Both the position numbers and the translations under genes were made by a program. This document shows positions 59,207 to 64,000 of a DNA stretch of 64,000 bases, one piece after another (position 1 is the stretch's first letter; each line of letters opens with the position of its first letter). Under the pieces are notes generated by a model. The model made no database searches, was not told where the DNA came from, and was given only the letters and a program-made list of their open reading frames with translations. The DNA is from Fonticula alba ATCC 38817 (taxonomy: Eukaryota; Protista; Nucleariida), in NCBI GenBank assembly GCA_000388065.2, contig KB932204.1. One strand, given 5' to 3'.

Positions 59207-62200
59207 CCCCCAGAGATGCAAANNNNNNNNNNNNNNNNNNNNNNNNNNNNNNNNNNNNNNNNNNNNNNNNNNNNNNNNNNNNNNNNNNNNNNNNNNNNNN
59301 NNNNNNNNNNNNNNNNNNNGGGGGGGGGGGGGGGGGGGGCCAGTCGGGAGCCACGTACCGATATCGGCCGCCAGGCCGAGGATCTGGCCCGGCGGCAGGG
59401 ACGAGGGCCAGAGCAGGCTAGACAGGACCCCGGGATAGTGCGGCATGACCAGCGCCTGGGCCGGGGCGGCCGAGTACCCAAGCAGCCGGCAGACAAAGGG
59501 CGACCCGTCGTTGGCCAGGAGCAGGCCCAAAATGGCGATCTCCTGGTCGAGGAGCGACTCGAAGTGCGCGCGAGCCGGCGAGTCTGGGTCGACCGCGATG
59601 CGGTGGCGGGACGTGGGTTAGGCGAGGGCCGGGGGCTGAGGGGGGGGGGCGGGGGGGCGGGGCGCGGGGTGTCCACACACCAGCGGGGATCATCTTGACG
59701 GCGCCGGCCGACCCGCCAGCCAGCGAAGCCAGATCCGGTCGGAGCAGGGTGCAGGGCAACACCACCGCCTGGGCCCCGGAGCCCAGGGGCTGCTGCTGGT
59801 GTTCCAGGCGGTAATCGGTCTCTGCGCAGAGGAGCAGGTGCCCGGGGAGGGACATTTCTGGATGCCAGTGGGCCGGCCAGGGGGCGGGGCGGTTAGCCGG
59901 GACCGGGGCCTGCAGCCAGCGAGCCATCGGGTCGGGAGGGGGCAAAAGGCCGAAAAGCAAAGGGAGAAGCATGGTCACGCACCGAGCATGGTATTCATGA
60001 CGGTCATATCCTCCTGGGGAGTGGTGCATTGCGTTAGCCCGGGCCAATCGACAGGAGTATGGTATGGGAGGGGGGGGGGGACCGTGTGGGTGCACGCGCG
60101 TACCGACTGGCCGAGATGCTCCATGGGGATGGCGTCAGATTGCTTGAGGGCGCTTGGGCGGCGCTGCCGCCACAGCAGGCAGAGAGCCGCCAGCGCAACC
60201 AGGAGCAACAGCAGCAGGCCCAATGGCAGGGCGATGGCCAAGACAAGCCAGCGCGAATCTGCACGGAGGAGGTTAGACATGGCAGGAGGGGCACAGAGGC
60301 GGCAGGCGTCCCGGCCCTCAAGGGGCCGAGGGCTTGGGGGACATACTTTGCTTGGGACAGCCGCCCGGCGACTCGCAGTGGGGGGTCAGGCAGCCGTCGG
60401 GCCCGGGGCCGAGGCACGTGGCACAGGTCATGTCGCAGGGGGCGCACGCGTCGTCGGTGCCTGTCGAGATGAACCAGCCATCCGGGCAGGTGTCGACGCA
60501 GGTGCGCGGCCCGGAGCCGACCGGGGCATGGTCGGTCGGGTGGCGGTCCGCCAGCCGGACGGCCAGCAGGTCGGGCTGGCATTGCTCACAGTCGTCGGGC
60601 GACATGCCACACACCAGGCACCCGGGAGAGGAGCAGGGCAGACAGCGTCGGCCAGCGGCGTCCGTGTGCCAACCGGCCGGGCAGGTGTCCGTGCCGAGGG
60701 GCAAGCATCCCCCGGGGCCGAGCAGCAGGAGCCGGTCGTCGATGCAGCCGGTGCAGTGGCCGGCCTCGGGCCCGGTGCAGCTGGCGCAGGGGGCCGAGCA
60801 GGCCACACACTCATGCTGCCCGGGCGTGAGGGCCTCCCGTTGGAAGAAGCCCTCCGGACAGGAGGCCAGGCACCCGGTGCCCGGCAAGAGGGCCGATCCC
60901 GGCCGGCAGCCGAGGCAGTGCCACGGCTGAGGCCCCCCCTGGCAGGAGGTGCAGTCCCGATGGCAGGGTGCACAGCGCGCCGAGGGCGGCGAAGAGAGGT
61001 CGGGGAATTCGTCGGGCTCGCATGCGGCCACACAGGTGCCCGGGTGGCGCCCGAGGAGCATGCCGTCCGGGCATTGGACACAGTGGTCGGCGGTGCCCTC
61101 GCAATGCTGGCATCCCGGGGCACAGGGGAGGCAGCTCTTCCCCGAGGCCAGGTAGCCCCGGCCGCAGGTGGCCAGGCAGCCGTGTGCCGGATGCAGGGCC
61201 AGATCCCCGGCACACTGGGAGCATTGCTGGCCGGCGGGGCCGGCGCAGGCGAGGCAGTAGGGCCCGCAGGGCAGGCAGGTGCCCCCGTCGGGGAAGGTCC
61301 GCTCGGGGCAGGCCCCCATGCAGGCGCCCTCCCAGAGGTTGGGCCGGGGCATTGGGCAGGCGGAGCATTGGCCGGCTGTCGGGCCGTGGCACTCGGCACA
61401 GGAGGTGTCGCAGGGGACGCACGCGCCGGCCAGCGGGGTGCTTGTTGGCGGGCAGCTGTCCAGACAGCGCGCTTGGTGGAAGACATGCGACCGGGGACAC
61501 AGGTGGCATTGGTGGGCCTCGGGCCCGGCGCACGACAGGCAGGACTCGTGGCAGGGAATGCACCGGCCGCCCTGCTGGAAGAAGCCCAAGGCCGGGCAGG
61601 CCGGGCGGCAGTACCCGCGATCCAGGACCCGGGCCGGGGGGCAGGCGGTGCAGGCGTTCGACCGGTGCGCGGAGCACTCGGCACACGAGCCATGGCAAGG
61701 GAGACAGGCATCGCCGCTGGCGGCCGGGAACATGGCCTCCGGACAGGCCTCGACACAGGTGTGGCTGCCGGGCAGGAGCAGCCAGCCGGGCATGCACACC
61801 AGGCAGAGGGCCGGGTCGTCCGGGCTGCATGCGGCGCAGGCGGCATCGTCGCAGGCGCACGCCGGGCAGGGGTCCGGCAGGCAGGCATTGTCCTGCTGAA
61901 GCGCCCAGCCGGCCGGGCAGGAGAGGCAATCCGTTGACAGGGGCCCGGAGCAGGTGGCGCAGCGCGGGGCGCATGCGTCACAGGCGGCCCCCGCGGCATG
62001 GGTCCCCGGCGGGCAGGCGCCCACACAGGTGTCCTGGTGGAGCATGAGCCCCGGGGCGCAGGTCAAGCACGCGCCAGGGCCGGGGGCGCCGCAGGTGGCG
62101 CACGATGCGTGGCACTGGAGGCACTGGGTGCCGGAGTCATCGAGCTGGAGGCCGGGGCCACAGGCCCGGCAGAGGGCCCCGGCCTGGTCGGTGACGCAGG

Positions 62201-64000
62201 ACAGGCAGCCGGCGTCGGCGCACGGGGCACACTGCTTGGCATCGGAGGACGAGATGCCGGTGCCGTCGGGGCAGGAGCGCACGCACGCGCCGGCCGGGGT
62301 CCGCAGCCAGCCGGCCGCACAGGCCAGGCAGTCGGCGGCCGTGGCGCCGAGGCACCGGTCGCATGCCGGGTCGCAGGGCCGACAGGCCCCGGGCAGGCCG
62401 GCCGGCAGGAAGCGATTTCCCGAGCACGCGGTGCATTGGCCGGGGCTGGGCCCGAGGCAGGAGGCACAGGAGGCGGCGCATGCGAGGCACTGTCGGCCAT
62501 CGGGCCCGGGCCCGAAGCCGGGCCCGCACTCGGCCACGCAGATGCCAGCCTGGAGGAGCTGCCCATCGGGGCAGGTGGCACACAGCCCCGGCCACATGGC
62601 CGAGCAGGTGGCGCAGCTGCCATGGCAAGCCTCGCACCGGGGCGGGGACACCCCGAGCCCGGTGGAGTCGTTGGCCACCGGCAGGAGGCCCGGCTGGCAG
62701 GTGCAGGCCGACGGGCCGACCTGCATGCCGGCCGGGCAGGCACAATTGTCGGCCCCCGGGCCGGGCTCCGGGACGGCGTGCTCCACACACTCACACCGAT
62801 CGGTCAGGGGGCTGATGAAGCGCCCGGCCCCGAGGCAGGTGCACTGGCCGCTGGCCCGGTCGAAGGGGGCATCCGAGGGACACCAGTGCTGGGCCTGGTC
62901 GGCTCGGGCCATGACCGTGAGACTGGCCTGCCCGTCGGGCGAGTGCTCCAGCACCACCACTTCCACATGGTCATCTTGATTGACATCGGCCAGGAAGATG
63001 GTCGGCGGGGGGGTGCCGTCGGTGGACATGGTGGCTGTGGCGCGGCCCGGGCGGATGACCACGCGACGGAAGGCCGACCGCCGGCTGTCCTGAGCCAGGT
63101 AGGCCACAATGCGCCCGGTGTGCCGATACACCAGGACGAAGTCCGCATTGTTGTCGCCATCCAGGTCATGCGTCTGGAGGTCGACATCCTCATTGATGGG
63201 GTCACTTTCGAGGTTGACCATGTCGCAGCCGTAGTCATGGCGATGGCCCGGCTGGGTGGTGGCCGTGGCAGGGCCATGGCCGGGGCGGGCCGGCGTGGCC
63301 GGGACCCGGGTCATGGGGCTGGCAAAGGCGCCGGCCGCGGCAGCCTGGCCGGGGTGGACCAGGCGCTGGCAGTGATGCTGCATGATGCACATGAAGTCCA
63401 GCAGGGTGATGCTATTGGGCTGGCCATCGGCCCGGAGGAGGGCCACCTCGTTGTAGCTGGCGTGGTTGGTCGCCACGAAGACGACATTGGTGATGTGCCG
63501 GTCGGAGGGGTCCAACAGCCAGGCGCAAGACCAATTGATTGCGACAAAGAAAATGGCCGGCTGGCGGACCGGGTGCCAAGGGATCAGGTCTTGGATGGAC
63601 TCCACATGCAGGAGGTCCGAGGTGCCGGAAACCGAGCCCAACATGGTGCTGTGCAGCCTCCGGGGCAGGGCCCCGGGACCCGGTCGGGGCAGTTCAACCA
63701 CCACCCGCTGGCACTGGCCATCGGACAGGTAGCTGTCGGCCAGGATGCCAGGAGCCAGGAGGATGACATCGCGCCAGTCATCGGGCGAGGTGGCATCCGG
63801 CGCCACGCGCACCAGTCGCAGGATGCTGGGAGCCATGCCCCGGGCAAGGCGGGCCGGCTGGAGGAACACCTCCTCCAGGGGGTACGGCAATGGCAGGGCC
63901 TCCACCTGGCAATGGGCCATCAGGGCCGAGCTGGGGTCGAGCAGGGACACCGACTGGATGCTGGCCAATTGCACGTGCGATTGGACGGCGATCGGCTGGC
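58896..64000 (-). CDS. Large receptor-like TKL kinase, 5'-partial: FG-GAP-like Ca-binding motifs, EGF-like and about 20 furin-like Cys-rich repeats, TM, kinase domain (catalytic core missing or in gap)
   Basis: Exons >64000-60347, 60258-60104, 60013-59983, 59857-59681, 59583-59359, 59119-58896 splice in frame. Motifs: DLDGDNNAD and DVNQDD; TM LVLAIALPLGLLLLLLVALAALCLLW; LGSGAQAVV, GAVKM, LDQEIAIL; C-lobe end YRRAWSTNPDDRPTADEL. Confidence 0.85.

Noticed and set aside
59799-62979. Long ORFs in other frames and strands over the Cys-rich receptor (59799-61937 +, 60428-62026 -, 61954-62979 +)
   Set aside because: Stop-poor alternative frames of GC-rich repetitive coding DNA.

Overview
GC-rich, intron-containing eukaryotic DNA. 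Donors are GTRYGT-type, branch points CTRAC, introns have poly-C/(CT)n tracts, and there are seven short N-gaps, five of them flanked by poly-G. Gene content and style suggest the holomycotan amoeba Fonticula alba or a relative (inference). Supported genes: a SART3/Prp24-like HAT+RRM splicing factor; a bZIP factor; a Set3/MLL5-like PHD protein that appears to lack a SET domain; three tandem paralogues of an unrecognised Pro/Tyr/Gly-rich two-TM protein with a Cys/His C-terminal domain and identical 5-exon structure; an intronless secreted proteinase K-family subtilisin; a short furin-like Cys-rich receptor without a kinase; a 7TM-RGS protein; a roughly 2.3 kb intronless ORF broken by three frameshifts and lying head-to-head with tRNA-Asp; and a large FG-GAP/furin-repeat receptor-like TKL kinase running off the window end. 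There are five tRNA genes (Pro-AGG, Lys-CTT x2, Asp-GTC, Glu-CTC). An Illumina P5 adapter fragment is embedded at about 12.38 kb and marks an artefactual duplication. The strongest novelty candidates are the PY-rich 2TM-CxxC family and the tRNA-adjacent frameshifted ORF.
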